A stretch of DNA of 64,000 nt. It comes from Eledone cirrhosa. Lineage: Eukaryota. The notes beneath the pieces are model-generated. The model searched no databases and was not told the DNA's origin. It worked only from the letters and a program-made list of their open reading frames with translations. The DNA lies in the NCBI GenBank assembly GCA_964016885.1, contig OZ024743.1, positions 366,482,001-366,546,000 on the forward strand, written 5' to 3'. A program made the translations under genes and the position numbers. Shown here piece by piece: positions 26,129 to 39,960 of the stretch (position 1 is its first letter; the number at the start of each line of letters is the position of its first letter).

Positions 26129-26327
26129 GTGGACACATATCATAGCTGATACAGTTGACACACTGAAGGGAAAGTTCTCTGTTGTCTTCATTGGCACCAT
26201 AGATGGATATATTAAAAAAATGATCCATATTCCTCGAGTGAATCTCAGTTGCATTCTAGAAGAAATCAGAATCACTCCAGAGGGACAAAACGAACCTGTA
26301 ACTTCAATTATAAAATCTAAAGAAGAG
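26129..26327 (+). CDS. Sema5: Semaphorin-5-like coding exon, phase 2-0
   Basis: tttag|...GAG|gtaggt; WTHIIADTVDTLKGKFSVVFIGTIDGYIKKMIHIPRVNLSCILEEIRITPEGQNEPVTSIIKSKEE. Confidence 0.93.
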
Positions 26328-26811
26328 GTAGGTTCGATATTAGATTTCATCCATAAAATTCCATCATCATCATTATCAAAAGCTTCATTCGGTCATGATT
26401 GGCCATGTTTTTTGTACTCATGAGACTAATAATAGGTTTGCCTCTGTGTGGCACAAGTATGGGCAGGATGTTTTGTGGAAAACCAGATGTTGCCCAGGCA
26501 TGTCTCCCCTCTTCTACCAGTCTTGTCCAAGGGAAACCCAATATAGCTTGGCTCCAGTATTGTTGCAACTAGTTGTTTTCCAGCTGAATGAACTGGAACT
26601 ACATAAGATAAGTGTTTTGCTCAAGGACACAATATGCTGCCTGCTCTAGGAATTGAACTAATGACTTTACAATTACATACCTTCATTGTTGCTATCATCA
26701 GTCATTTCACTATATGTAACATCGTTCTCATCACAGTTAATGTTATTTCCTTCATTACACTTGTTGTTAATATTACTATTATGGCCATCGGCATCATCAT
26801 TAATGTCCATC

Positions 26812-27002
26812 TGGTGGATTGGCAGTATCGGTAGAGGGTTGGACGCCATGCTTTGCAGCAAAGAGTTACAACCCTTTATGGTCCGAGTTCATATCCCGCC
26901 GAGGTTAACTTTGCCTTTCATCCTTATGGGGTCGATAAAATAAAGTACCAGTAATACACTGAGATAATTGCTGGCCTTGTGCCAAAAGTAGAAACAATTA
27001 TT
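26812..27002 (+). mobile_element. SINE family 1 copy
   Basis: matches 9396-9588. Confidence 0.88.
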
Positions 27003-27142
27003 GCCAATACCATCTTCTTCCTGCTCCTCATCCTCATCAATTGAATATCCATTTCTTTCTGCTAACTTATAACACATAGATTATTGTGTGTGTGTATGTA
27101 ATTTCTTTGACTTTATTGTTCTTTTTTCTTTTATCTTTCTAG

Positions 27143-27219
27143 AAAGCACTTTATGTTGTATCGGGCAGAACATTAATAAAGATACCATTTGAAAGATGCC
27201 ATCGACTAAAAACCAAGAG
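27143..27219 (+). CDS. Sema5: Semaphorin-5-like coding exon (end of Sema, start of PSI), phase 0-2
   Basis: tctag|...AG|gtaaat; KALYVVSGRTLIKIPFERCHRLKTK. Confidence 0.92.
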
Positions 27220-28690
27220 GTAAATAAAATAATATTTTTAAGAATTTATTGTTCAATAAATCAAATCAAAATTTTGTTTACATTGTCATCATTATCATCA
27301 CTATCATCACCTTCCACATCATCTTTATCATCATCTATTTATGTCCATTTTCCATGCTAGCATGAATTGGGATTGGATAAGTTGTTATGGTCCAAATCAT
27401 TTCTTATTCAGATTTACTGCCCACCTAGGCAGGTTAGAGAACCTCAATCTCATTCATTCATTCCATTTGGGATGCACTTCCTAACACTTACTTTACAGAG
27501 TGCACTGAGTGTATTTTATCATGGTACCATAGTACAAAAAGGCTAATAATTTACAAATCTTAATATAAGAATGAGTATGGTTGGTGTTTAAGAGAGATAG
27601 ATAGGGAAAGATTTAGAAAAGGAACAAGTACTATTTTTACATAGAATAAAGCCACAAATTTAAGTGGAAGAGACGTTAGTTGATTATATCATCCCCTGTT
27701 ACTTTATTTTATCAATCTCTGAAAACATGAAAGATAAAGTTGACCTCGGTGGATTTTAAACTCAGAATGTAAAGGGTTGGAACAAATCCCATAAGGCCTT
27801 TTGTTGGATGTTCTAATGATTCCACCAATTCAGCAGTGAAGTGATCTTAGTGACGTTTAACAATTACATGAACACTGTTGGTGCAAATTGACAAATAAAA
27901 TGTCATTAAAAACAGCCATGTTAATATATTAAACAATGGTTGTCTTATTGCTTTTCTATATGTATGTAGTTTAGAATAAATACACCATATCCCTCCATGT
28001 TGTAAGAGGCAACAAAAGGGTTGGTATCAGGGAGGGCTTCTATTGTATTACAAAGGATCCCATGATGTGTATGAAGCCCATAATGGGACCTGCAAGGATA
28101 ATACCTGGGAAAATGGTTTCAAAACATTTGTCAGTGGATAAGAGAGCTACTACCATTAATTTAGGAATGAAGGTTTTCCAGTCCAGACCTATGTACATAT
28201 TCTGGAATAAGACATCTAATGTTAGACACATAAACTATATATACTCATATTATACTTATAAGACTTTTCCCCACTTGGAAAATAATCATTCCCTACTACC
28301 TCATAGGGTAGTGTAGGCTCTTCAGTCGAGTGAATGGCCGAAATCGTGTTAGGAGGTTGGTATTAGAAAGGCATTCAACCATAGAAAACTGGCCAAAGCG
28401 AGGACTCCTTCTTGTTTATGCCATGATAAAACACACCCAGTACAATTTGTAAAGTAAGGAAATGTATGCGAGATGCAGCCCCCAGCCCATTTGAAAGGTT
28501 AATAGCTTTGATTAAGTACTGACTTGGTCTGTGACAACCCATACAACTTTTGATAGCAGGGAAAATGTATGTTAAATATTAATGATGGTGATCTAAACTT
28601 CATATCTAGAAATTATCAAACAATTCTTGATTAAAAATCTCATAGCTGTTTCTTTTCTAAATTGTTCTCTTTGTTTCCATTTCAATACAG

Positions 28691-28827
28691 TATGTGTCTT
28701 CAGGCCCGAGATCCTTATTGTGCCTGGAATAAGATAAACAAGACTTGTGCAACACCACCAGTCAACCAATTAGAGACACACTTTTGGCTTCAGGATATTA
28801 CATCATGTCCTGTTCTAGAAACACCAG
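28691..28827 (+). CDS. Sema5: Semaphorin-5-like coding exon (PSI domain), phase 2-1
   Basis: tacag|...G|gtaggt; MCLQARDPYCAWNKINKTCATPPVNQLETHFWLQDITSCPVLETP (DPYCxW motif). Confidence 0.96.
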
Positions 28828-28964
28828 GTAGGTTCCATTTCATTGCAATCAATATGAAATAAGGTTCTATATGTATTTTTATGTATTGATATAGTTTAAT
28901 GTTGACAGGATGTATCAAAACTAATCATCTAATATTATTTACAATTTAAATGGCGGGCAATTTA

Positions 28965-29075
28965 AAGTCGAACTTCTGAAAGGCAAGTGACACTAACGCA
29001 GTACCTGTGCAGAGCTTTCATTGTAAGTGTCTGGACACCGTCGTCACAAAGTGTTCGGACGTTCCAGCACGCCAA
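28965..29075 (-). mobile_element. Isolated fragment of an RTE APE endonuclease N-terminus
   Basis: minus strand LACWNVRTLCDDGVQTLTMKALHRYCVSVTCLSEVRL (WNVRTL and LSEVR motifs). Confidence 0.65.
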
Positions 29076-29264
29076 TATATATATAGATATATATCTATAT
29101 AACGAAGGAAGTGTGATAAGTAACCAGGTGGACCATAATGCACCAAAGTACTCGATACTGGGTAGTAGAGTGGGTAATAGGAAAAGAGTCAGGACCCCGA
29201 CAGCTAGGTCTGTACACTGTCAAAACGGCCGGAGCTCGGCCATCAGGGTCCTGACTCTTTTCCT

Positions 29265-29431
29265 ATCATCATCATCATCATTTTACGTCTGGTTTTCCCT
29301 GCTTGCCAGGGTGGGACAGGTCCTATTCAGCATCTCTCCACTTGTCACGGTCTTTCGTCAACTCCTCCGTGAGCTTCAGCGATCTGAGGTCTGCTCTCAC
29401 CACCTCTGCCCATGTTTTTCGTGGTCTTCCT
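29265..29431 (-). mobile_element. RTE family C 3' end
   Basis: [23 protein letters not shown]...; same family as 61030-61390; (ATC)n tail. Confidence 0.85.
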
Positions 29432-29595
29432 ATATATATATATGTATATATATATGTTTATATATATGTATATATATATAGATATATGTATATATATATA
29501 TATGAATATATATATAGATATATGTATATATATATGTATAAATATAAGTATATATATATGTATATATATGTATATATATATATGTATATATATGT

Positions 29596-30215
29596 GTAAA
29601 TGAACACTGGCGAGACCTTCAAGATAGTAAAGAATCATCTGTACTCTACCAACATGCTGAAATAGAACACAAGGGTAAATTAGAGAACATAGAAATAAAA
29701 ATAGAATCTACACACAGAAAAGATGCAATGTTTAGACAAATCACAGAGGCAATAAACATAAAAGAATTACAACCAAAATTAAATAGAAAATATGAGTGGA
29801 ACAGCAACATCACAACTTACAATTAAGGACAAAATGAAAACACACACACACATAGAACAAACAACCAACCAGTAACATGTAAATAAACAAATAAATAAAT
29901 GAACATAAACACACACAGACACCCGGATGTGGCGCATGCGCAGACTGAGCACACAACACACACACATTAACAAAATGGCGTAGGACAGAACAAAGGAGAG
30001 GCACAGAAACAAAGAAAGGAATCCCCAGTCACTGAAGAGGTCACAGAGTGTGTGACGAAAGAAGTATGACAATATATAAACAACTATCTGGTTGTGGAAC
30101 CAACCAACCAACCAGAAATAATTAAATTTATGAATTTATTATAATAAATTGAAGTGAAAGCAACTGGTGCGTGTGTTTCTTATTGGCAACATGACCCTCC
30201 CAAAGTATAACAATA
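29596..30215 (+). mobile_element. Penelope-like element 3' fragment (C-terminal GIY-YIG half and pseudo-LTR)
   Basis: 29596-29826 reads [25 protein letters not shown]...FRQITEAINIKELQPKLNRKYEW...*; hammerhead downstream; (TA)n flanks. Confidence 0.75.
30028..30070 (+). ncRNA. Minimal type I hammerhead ribozyme
   Basis: gtca-CTGAAGA-g-gtcaca/gagtg/tgtgac-GAAA-gaag-TA-tgac. Confidence 0.75.
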
Positions 30216-30219
30216 TGTG

Positions 30220-30250
<31 letters not shown>

Positions 30251-30310
30251 GAGGTAGATATGTGTGTGTAATTATAGTCACAGGTGGTTTGTCTGTTAAA
30301 ACACTCAATG

Positions 30311-30343
30311 TTATATATATATGTATATATATATATGTATATG

Positions 30344-30374
<31 letters not shown>

Positions 30375-30403
30375 GTATATATATATATGTATATATATAT
30401 ATG

Positions 30404-30486
<83 letters not shown>

Positions 30487-30733
30487 GTATATATATATGT
30501 ATATATATATATGTATATATATATGTATATATATATATGTATATATATATATGTATATATATATATGTATATATATATATGTATATATATATATGTATAT
30601 ATATATATGTATATATATATATGTATATATGTATATATATATATGTATATATGTATATGTATATGTATATATATATATATGTGTATATATATATATGTAT
30701 ATATATATATATGTGTATATATATATATATGTG

Positions 30734-30780
<47 letters not shown>

Positions 30781-30840
30781 GTGTATATATATATATGTGT
30801 ATATATATATATGTGTATATATATATATGTGTATATATAT
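30311..30840. repeat. G-interrupted (TA)n array, about 530 bp
   Basis: read directly from the sequence. Confidence 0.95.
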
Positions 30841-33800
30841 CATCATCATCATCATCAGGTTTAGCGTCTGTGTTCCATGCTTGCATGGGTTTGGACGGGG
30901 GTTTTCCCACTTGAGGCAAGAGTGGTTGTCTTGCTCGCATAGGACTGTCTGGCGGGTTTTCTACAGTTGGATGCCCTTCCTAACACCAACCACATTTACA
31001 GTGTGGGGCTGGGAGGTTTTTACCGTGTTGCCTACACGGCCACATTACAGCGTGGACTGTCTGGCGGGTTTTCTACAGCTGGATGCCCTTCCTAACACCA
31101 ACCACATTTACAGTGTGGGGCTGGGAGGTTTTTACCGTGTTGCCTACACGGCCACATTTACAGCGTGGACTGTGTGTTTTTTTGTCGTGACACCTACACG
31201 ATCTCATTTGTTTCGGCCTGGATGTTGTGGGACCAACATAACTGTACATTGAAAGGGGCGGTGTGGATGGGGTGGAGGTGGTGGGACGGGGGGTGTTTTG
31301 ATAGAGATGCCTACTGACTGTAGTAGGTTTTTACTTTGTATTTAGGTAAGGCGGGTCTTCTCTATTACTGAGTACCGCCAAAGGTCTCGGTCCAGTGACA
31401 TTGTCTTGGAGAGGTGTAAGCGTGTGAGGTCGGAATTTATCAGCTCGTCCCATGTTTTTCTGGGTCTGCCTACTCCGTGGCTACCGTCTATCTTTATTGC
31501 CCTGCACTTTGTTATACAGCTGTCGTCTTTCATGCGCATCACGTGACCGTACCAACGTAGCCTTCTCTCGAGTAAACAACATCTGATCCCTCTTATTTCT
31601 AATTTTTTCCTTAGTTCGTTTATGCTTTGCCGTTCACGTATATTACTATTGCACATCCAGCGGAGCATGCAAGCTTCGTTCCTCTCTAGTCTGCGTATAT
31701 CCTCTGCACACAATGCCCAGGTCTCACTGCCATGCAGCATTGCTGTTCGTATGCAGGCATCGTATAACCTGCCTTTCATTTTTAGGGAGAACCCTCTAGC
31801 GGCTAATAGTGGTATAAGCTCTCTGAACTTTTTCCATCCAGTTCTGACTCTAGCTACTGTACTTTCAGAGCACCCTCCCCCACTGCTGATTTTGTCACCC
31901 AGGTAACGGAAGCTGTCCACTATTTCTATAGAACCCTCTGCGCAGTTGAAGGAGCTAGTATTTTGTGTGCACTTGCTGCTACTTATTGCACCAGAGCACC
32001 GGCCACATGTAAAATCTATGTTCTTAGTTAGCTTACCTGTGATCCCACTACATCTTTTATGCACCCATACTTTGCATTTGGGACATAAAATGGAGTTTCT
32101 ACCTACGCCTTTCCTACACACTGAGCATGGCCATTTCCCAGATGGGACTGCCGCCATATTTTCTTTCCTACAAACTAGAACTTTTGTCTTAGCCAGGTTA
32201 ATTTTAAGGCCTTTTGATTCTAGGCCGTGCTTCCATGTTTGGAATTTCTTCTCTAGTTCGGTCATTGATTCAGCTATGAGCGTTAGATCATCTGCGTATA
32301 GGAGTTCCCATGGGCAGCCGGTCTTGAACTCCTCTGTTATAGCCTGAAGGGCAATAATAAATAGTAGGGGGCTAAGAACAGAGCCCTGATGGACACCAAC
32401 TTTTACGCTAAACTCTTCATTATATTCGTTGTTAATTCTAACCTTACTGACTGTTTCTTTATACATGGCTTGTATAGCTCTCACAAGCCATTCGTCAACA
32501 CCTAGTTTTCTAAGAGACCACCAGATAATGGAACGGGGGGACTCTGTCGAAGGCTTTCTCCAAGTCGACGAAAGCTAAGTATAGGGGTTTACTTTTAGCT
32601 AGGTACTTCTCCTGTAGTTGTCGTACAATGAAAAGAGCGTCTGTGGTACTTTTGCCTGACACAAACCCGAACTGCATTTCATCTAGATCAATTCTCTCTC
32701 TGATTAGTTGCGCTATTACTTTTTCCGTGACCTTCATGACCTGGTCGATTAATTTAATGCCTCTATAGTTACTCCTATCTAGGGCATCTCCTTTTCCCTT
32801 ATAGCAGTTAACGATGATGCTGCTACGCCAGTCCTTCGGAACAACCCCATTCTGTACGACTTGGTTAACTATCCGGGTGACCATGGTGTGTCCCACCGAA
32901 CCAGATGCCTTCAGCATCTCAGCAACTATTTCCGAAGGACCAGCCGCCTTACCCGTCTTCATATCTTTGATTGCCTTGCTTATTGTACTACCCTGGACTA
33001 ACACTGCTGGTCCCTCTATTGGGTCGATGTGGGGGAGACTGTCTTTCTCCCATTTGTTCTCCTCATTTAGAAGCCTTTCGTAGTGACACTTCCAAGCTAC
33101 CTTCTTATCAGCGTCGGTGATGGCAAGTATGCCATCATCGTTAAGCACACACTTCTCCCCGACAATATCACGGTTTTCCTTGACACATTGCCTGGCAATC
33201 CTGAACACCTCACGTTTTTGGTCCTCACGTTGTAGAACATGCTTGAACTTTCTTTCCTCTGCTTCCCTTCTTGCGAAGTACACTTGTCTCCTAGCTTCCC
33301 TCCTGGCTACCTGATAGTCTTCTCTACTTCCCCCATCCCGCCATGCTTTCCAAGCCTGCTTTTTGGCCTTAATTGACTCCTCCACCTTACTGTTCCACCA
33401 CCATGTTACTCTCCTCCTACCTACAGGCCTGCTCCAGCCACAGACTTCGTCTGCCGCCGTCAGCAGGTTTGCTCTCAAGAATTCCCACTGTTCCTCTATA
33501 TTATACGACTCTAATTGCTCTTCCTTACTGTCGAAAGCGTCAAGTAATATGCTTTGAAATTTATTTCTGGCTATGGGGTCCTTTAGCTTCCATATTTTTC
33601 TCCTGAGGATAGTCCTCTTCCGCTGTCTAGTACGTCTCATCCTGACTATGAGGTTGCTAATTATCAGTCTATGTTGGGAGGTGAATTCTTCATGGGGGAG
33701 GGATTTAGTGTTAACAACAGACACTCTGTCACGTCTTCTGGTAAGGATATAATCTACCTGGCTTGTGTGTTCCCCCGATCTATAGGTGATCAAGTGATTG

Positions 33801-34513
33801 TCTCGTTTTTTGAAGTTAGTGTTACAGATAGTTAAGTTATTTGCGTCGCAGAATTCCAGGATTCTGGAGCCTTCCTCATTTCTAGTACCGAACCCATAGC
33901 CTCCATGGATTCCGTCATAGCCGTCACAATGCTGTCCAACGTGACCATTTAGGTCGCCTGCAATAACTATATAGTCACTGTCGGTTATTTGGGAGGTAGC
34001 GAGCATCAGTGTCTCGTAGAATCTGTCTTTTATAGCACCGGGCAGTCCGGATTGTGGTGCGTACGCAGATATTACTGTCACCGTAGTTTTATTGAGGACA
34101 AGTCTTATTTTAATTATTCTGTCGTTCACTCTATTTACGTCTATTATCTTATCTGCCCACTTTTCTGCTACCATGATTCCTACCCCACCCAACCCATTGT
34201 CATTTCCCACCCAGAAAAGCTTATAGCATCGTTCTTTACCCACGATGAATCTAGCCGACCCTCCCCTCCACCTGGTCTCTTGAATACAACAAACATCGAC
34301 CTCCTTACGTTCAAGCATTTCTACAACCTCGTTAGAGCGACCCTTTAAGGTGCCTACATTCATGGTACCAACTCTGAAGTTTTGGATTGCGTTTGGAGGG
34401 TGGGAGGGGTGGGGCACGGGGGGGGGGGGGGTTATGTTAGCCATCCAGGGCCGAAACAAGGCGGAGTGCTTGCATTCTCGTCCACGAGGTGAATTTGTCT
34501 TTATCTTTGGCAT
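30841..34513 (-). mobile_element. RTE family B, complete ORF with one frameshift, no 5' UTR
   Basis: APE (GDLNGHVG), RT ([15 protein letters not shown]) and PHD-like finger; +1 G in the homopolymer at about 32535-32540; (ATC)n tail. Confidence 0.97.
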
Positions 34514-34666
34514 ATATATATGTGTATATATATATATGTGTATATATATATATGTGTATATATATATATGTGTATATATATATATGTGTATATATATATA
34601 TATATGTATATATATATGTGTATATATATATATATGTATATATATGTATATGTATATATATATATA

Positions 34667-35154
34667 TGGTGTTAAAGTTTGCTTGAAGCATTGTGAAATA
34701 TGTAAAATATGTAGTTTAGAAAGCCACAACAATGCAGATGGGAAATCTCGAGGTAGGAAGTGAGTGAGAAATAGGAGAAAAGTGAAAATTAACGGCTTTT
34801 ACACGCTAGCGCACCCTATTGATTTAACCCAATTGGTCAGTAGCTTTTGCCACAGCCTATCACGCGCACGCGCATTCTTTCCCTCGTTTGAATTTTCCCC
34901 ATAACGGCATTCCTATGTTTTAACGACAATATAACTTTCTCCGGCTTAGCCTGTTCCCCCCTTTTGGAACTTTCCGCCGTTGATGGGCGTGAGCCCGAAT
35001 TATTGGGATTAAATCTCCACTACGGTAACCCTTCTACCTTTGTTTTGTTTTCCTTTTTCATTTCTCTCAATTTTCACTTTTCTCCTATTTCTCACTCACT
35101 TCCTACCTCGAGATTTCCCATCTGCATTGTTGTGGCTTTCTAAATTACATATTT

Positions 35155-35156
<2 letters not shown>
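34667..35156. mobile_element. TA-flanked element with about 87-bp inverted arms (PLE-type architecture)
   Basis: arms about 34705-34791 and 35069-35156; about 38-bp extension on the left arm. Confidence 0.7.
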
Positions 35157-35202
<46 letters not shown>

Positions 35203-35244
35203 AATATATATATGTATATATATATATATGTATATATATATATG

Positions 35245-35315
<71 letters not shown>

Positions 35316-35328
35316 GTATATATATATG

Positions 35329-35423
<95 letters not shown>

Positions 35424-35612
35424 GTATATATATGTATATATATGTATATGTATATATATATGTATATATATATGTGTATATATATGTATATATATATATG
35501 TATATATATATATGTATATATATATGTATATATATGTATATGTATGTATATATATGTATATGTATATATATGTATATGTATATATATATATGTATATATA
35601 TATATGTATATA

Positions 35613-35687
<75 letters not shown>

Positions 35688-35758
35688 GTATATATATATA
35701 TGTATATATATATGTATATATATATATGTATATATATATGTATATATATATATGTATA

Positions 35759-35793
<35 letters not shown>
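35157..35793. repeat. G-interrupted (TA)n array, about 640 bp
   Basis: read directly from the sequence. Confidence 0.95.
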
Positions 35794-35796
<3 letters not shown>

Positions 35797-36402
35797 AGGT
35801 CACCACTTGGTGCTACTGGTAACATGTATCCCAGTACAACCTGTCTCATGGTCGGGTCGTTGGCGACTAAACTGGCAACCCCATCAAGGTTTCTTGGTGA
35901 GGAGGGTGACTTTGGACATCCTGCAGGACTAAAAACAAAACCTGTCAAAGGGCAAAGGAGCTCTTAATAGTCAATGGCCATCCAAAATCACCAGGAGAGA
36001 TGACCCCTTAGCCTTTGTCAAGGCAGAATTCTAGTAGAAGGAAAACTCTGATATAACACCTGCAACCCTGATGGTATCCAATGATGTTGACTTGTTCTTC
36101 TTTTTGGTAAATATAATCTGGGTTAAGAGAGTGGGACTGGCTTTGTGCAGTGCCTTTGCTCACTATAAAAGCTTCACGGCACAGGCATTGCTTTATATCT
36201 GGAGATCTCTCTGCACTTGTCGTCACATGGTACCATGGGCCCAGCACTATGTGTCAATAATTGTCACAGGTGTAGTGTTTGTACCAGGGTTTTCAAGTCA
36301 CTGGCTGGACTAAAAAGTCACACTTGTTCAGCGCATCGGTAGGGGTTCTCCTACATGGATATAAAGTAGTGGCCGTACTTGAAAACGTGTTGGCAGCCAC
36401 CA
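35794..36402 (+). mobile_element. Putative bipartite non-autonomous RTE element, copy 2
   Basis: highly similar to 23415-23988, about 20 bp longer at the 5' end; same 3' end ...ggcagccaccat. Confidence 0.7.
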
Positions 36403-36436
36403 TATATATGTATATATATATATGTATATATATATG

Positions 36437-36503
<67 letters not shown>

Positions 36504-36580
36504 CTATATATATATATATATGTATATATATATGTATATATATATGTATATATATATATGTATATATATATATGTATATA

Positions 36581-38909
36581 TCATCATCATCATCATCATC
36601 ATCATCACCGTTTTACGTCCGTTCTTCCACACTAGTATGGGTTAGACGGGTTGTCCTGTTGTGGGCAGTGTCTGGTCGGCTGACCATGCCTTGCTCATAC
36701 AGGAACTGATCTAGCTTGATTTCTACAGCTGGATGCCCTTCCTAACACCAACCTCATTTACAGTGAGTGCTGGGTGCTTTTTCGTGGCGCCTACACGTCC
36801 ACTTTACAGTGTGGGCTGGGTGCTTTTTTGCCGTGGCACCTCCACGACCACCTTGCGGTGGGGGGGGGGGGGGGGCGGCATATTGTTTATATGCTTCAGC
36901 ATGTACCCATGGGAGGTCGGGTACCCTGTATTACTGCGTGACGCCAGAAGTCACGGTCGTGTGTCATTGACTTTGAGAGGTGTAGTTGGGTAAGGTCGGC
37001 TTTTATCACCTCATCCCAAGTCATCTTGGGTCTCCCCACTCCGCGGTTTCCATCAACTTCTAGTGCTCTGCACCTTTTTATGCAGCTGTCATCCTTCATA
37101 CGCATCACATGTCCATACCAGCGTAACCGCCTCTCCTGCACGCAGCATTTGATTCCTCTTATGCTCAGTCTCTCTCTCAATTCCTTTATGCTTTGTCGTT
37201 CACGTATATTACTGTTACACATCCATCGGAGCATGCAGGCTTCGTTTCTCTCTAATCTACGTAAGTCTACCACCTTCAGCGCCCAGGTCTCACTACCATG
37301 CAACATCGCTGTTCGGATACACGCATCATACAGTCTGCCTTTCATTCTGAGGGAGAAGCCTTTTGCAGCTAGAAGTGGTAGTAGTTCCCTAAACTTCTTC
37401 CATCCCGTTCTTACCCTAGTTATTGTACTTTCTGAGCACCCACCTCCGTTGCTAATTCGGTCACCTAGGTAGCAGAAGCTGTCTACTGTTTCTACAGGGC
37501 CCTCCCAGAGATTGGTGGTACTTGTTTCCTGTGGCTGTTTGCTTGCTGTTTCAGCACAGCTGCTGCATGTGAATCCTACATTCTTAATTAAGCTTCCTGA
37601 GATCCCGCTACATCTCTTGTGTACCCATTGTTTGCATTTGGGGCAGAGGATGGAGTTCCTACCTACACCTTTCCTACATACTGATCAAGGCCATTTCCCT
37701 GAGGGGATCTGGGTTCTGTTTTCTCGTCTACTTATAAGGACCTTAGTCTTTGTCATGTTGACTTTGAGGCCCTTTCTCTCTAGTCCCTGCTTCCAGGTTT
37801 GGAATTTATTCTCTAGTTCTACCATAGATTCAGCTATGAGTGCGAGGTCATCAGCATACAGGAGTTCCCATGGGCATCCGGTCTTAAACTCCTCCGTTAT
37901 TGCCTGCAGGACTATGATGAACAGGAGAAGGCTAAGAACAGAGCCCTGGTGGACCCCAACCTGTACGCTAAATTCCTCGCTATACTCATTGCCAATCCTA
38001 ACTTTGCTGACTGCTCCCCTATACATGGCTTGTACCGCTTTCACAAGCCATTCATCTACTCCTAGTTTTCTAAGAGCCCACCAGATTACTGCACGTGGAA
38101 CTCTGTCAAAGGCTTTCTCAAGGTCGACAAATGCCAAGTAGAGTGGCTTACTTTTAGCTAGGTACTTTTCCTGTAATTGCCTCACAAGGAAGAGGGCATC
38201 AGTGGTGCCTTTCCCTGGTACAAACCCAAATTGCATCTCGTCTATATTCACCCGGTCCCTAATCAGCTGTGCTTTAACTCTTTCTGTTACTTTCATGACC
38301 TGGTCCATCAACTTTATACCTCTATAGTTTCCTCTATCTAGTGCATCGCCTTTACCTTTGTAGCAGTTGACAATGATGCTACTGCACCAATCTTTTGGTA
38401 TGGCCCCCTCTAGTATTACCTGGTTAACGATACGTGTGGTTATAGTGTGACCTACAGACCCAGATGCCTTCAGCATCTCGGCAGCTATACCCGATGGACC
38501 GGTTGCCTTCCCTATCTTCATATCTCTGATTGCCTTACTTACTACGCTGCCGCTGACTTGTACTGCTGGTCCCTCTATAGGGTCTACGTGGAGTAGGGTC
38601 TCTTCTTCCCATGCATTCTCCTCATTTAGTAATCTATCATAATGACTCTTCCATGCATCTTTCTTCTCAGCACTTGTGAGGGCAAGCTCACCTTTATCAT
38701 TCCGGATACACTTCTCTCCAATGACATCACAACTATCTCTGACACACTGCCTCGCAATCTTGAATACCTCCTGTTTCTGGTCCTCACGTTGTAAAACATG
38801 CTTGAATTTTCTATCCTCTGCTTCCCTCCTAGCTAAGTATACTTGTCGCCTAGCTTCCCTCTTGGTCTCTAGCTTCCCTCTTGGTCTCTAAGCTTCCCTC
38901 TTGGTCTCT
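36581..38909 (-). mobile_element. RTE family A, 5'-truncated, with nonsense mutation
   Basis: near-identical to 41544-43815; TGC>TGA at about 37685; triplicated 19-mer at the 5' junction. Confidence 0.96.
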
Positions 38910-38954
38910 ATATGTATATATATATATGTATATATATATATATGTATATATATG

Positions 38955-39684
<730 letters not shown>

Positions 39685-39769
39685 ATATATATATGTATAT
39701 ATATATGTATATATATATGTATGTATATATATATATGTATATATATATGTGTATATATATATATATGTG

Positions 39770-39800
<31 letters not shown>

Positions 39801-39867
39801 GTATATATATGTATATATATATGTATATATATATATATATATGCATATATATATGCATATATATATG

Positions 39868-39916
<49 letters not shown>

Positions 39917-39929
39917 GTATATATATATG

Positions 39930-39960
<31 letters not shown>

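Noticed and set aside
12725-28590. Many old SINE/RTE-tail remnants (e.g. about 12725-13010, 13440-13550, 13820-14000, 16790-17150, 17710-17905, 18055-18150, 25250-25450, 27650-27830, 28330-28590)
   Set aside because: The motifs are recognisable, but the remnants are too degraded for reliable boundaries and are not listed individually.
35798-35885. HDV-like ribozyme at the 5' end of the bipartite RTE element
   Set aside because: A P1-like pairing (ggtcacca/tggcgact) exists, but I could not find P1.1, the L3 consensus or J4/2 by eye.
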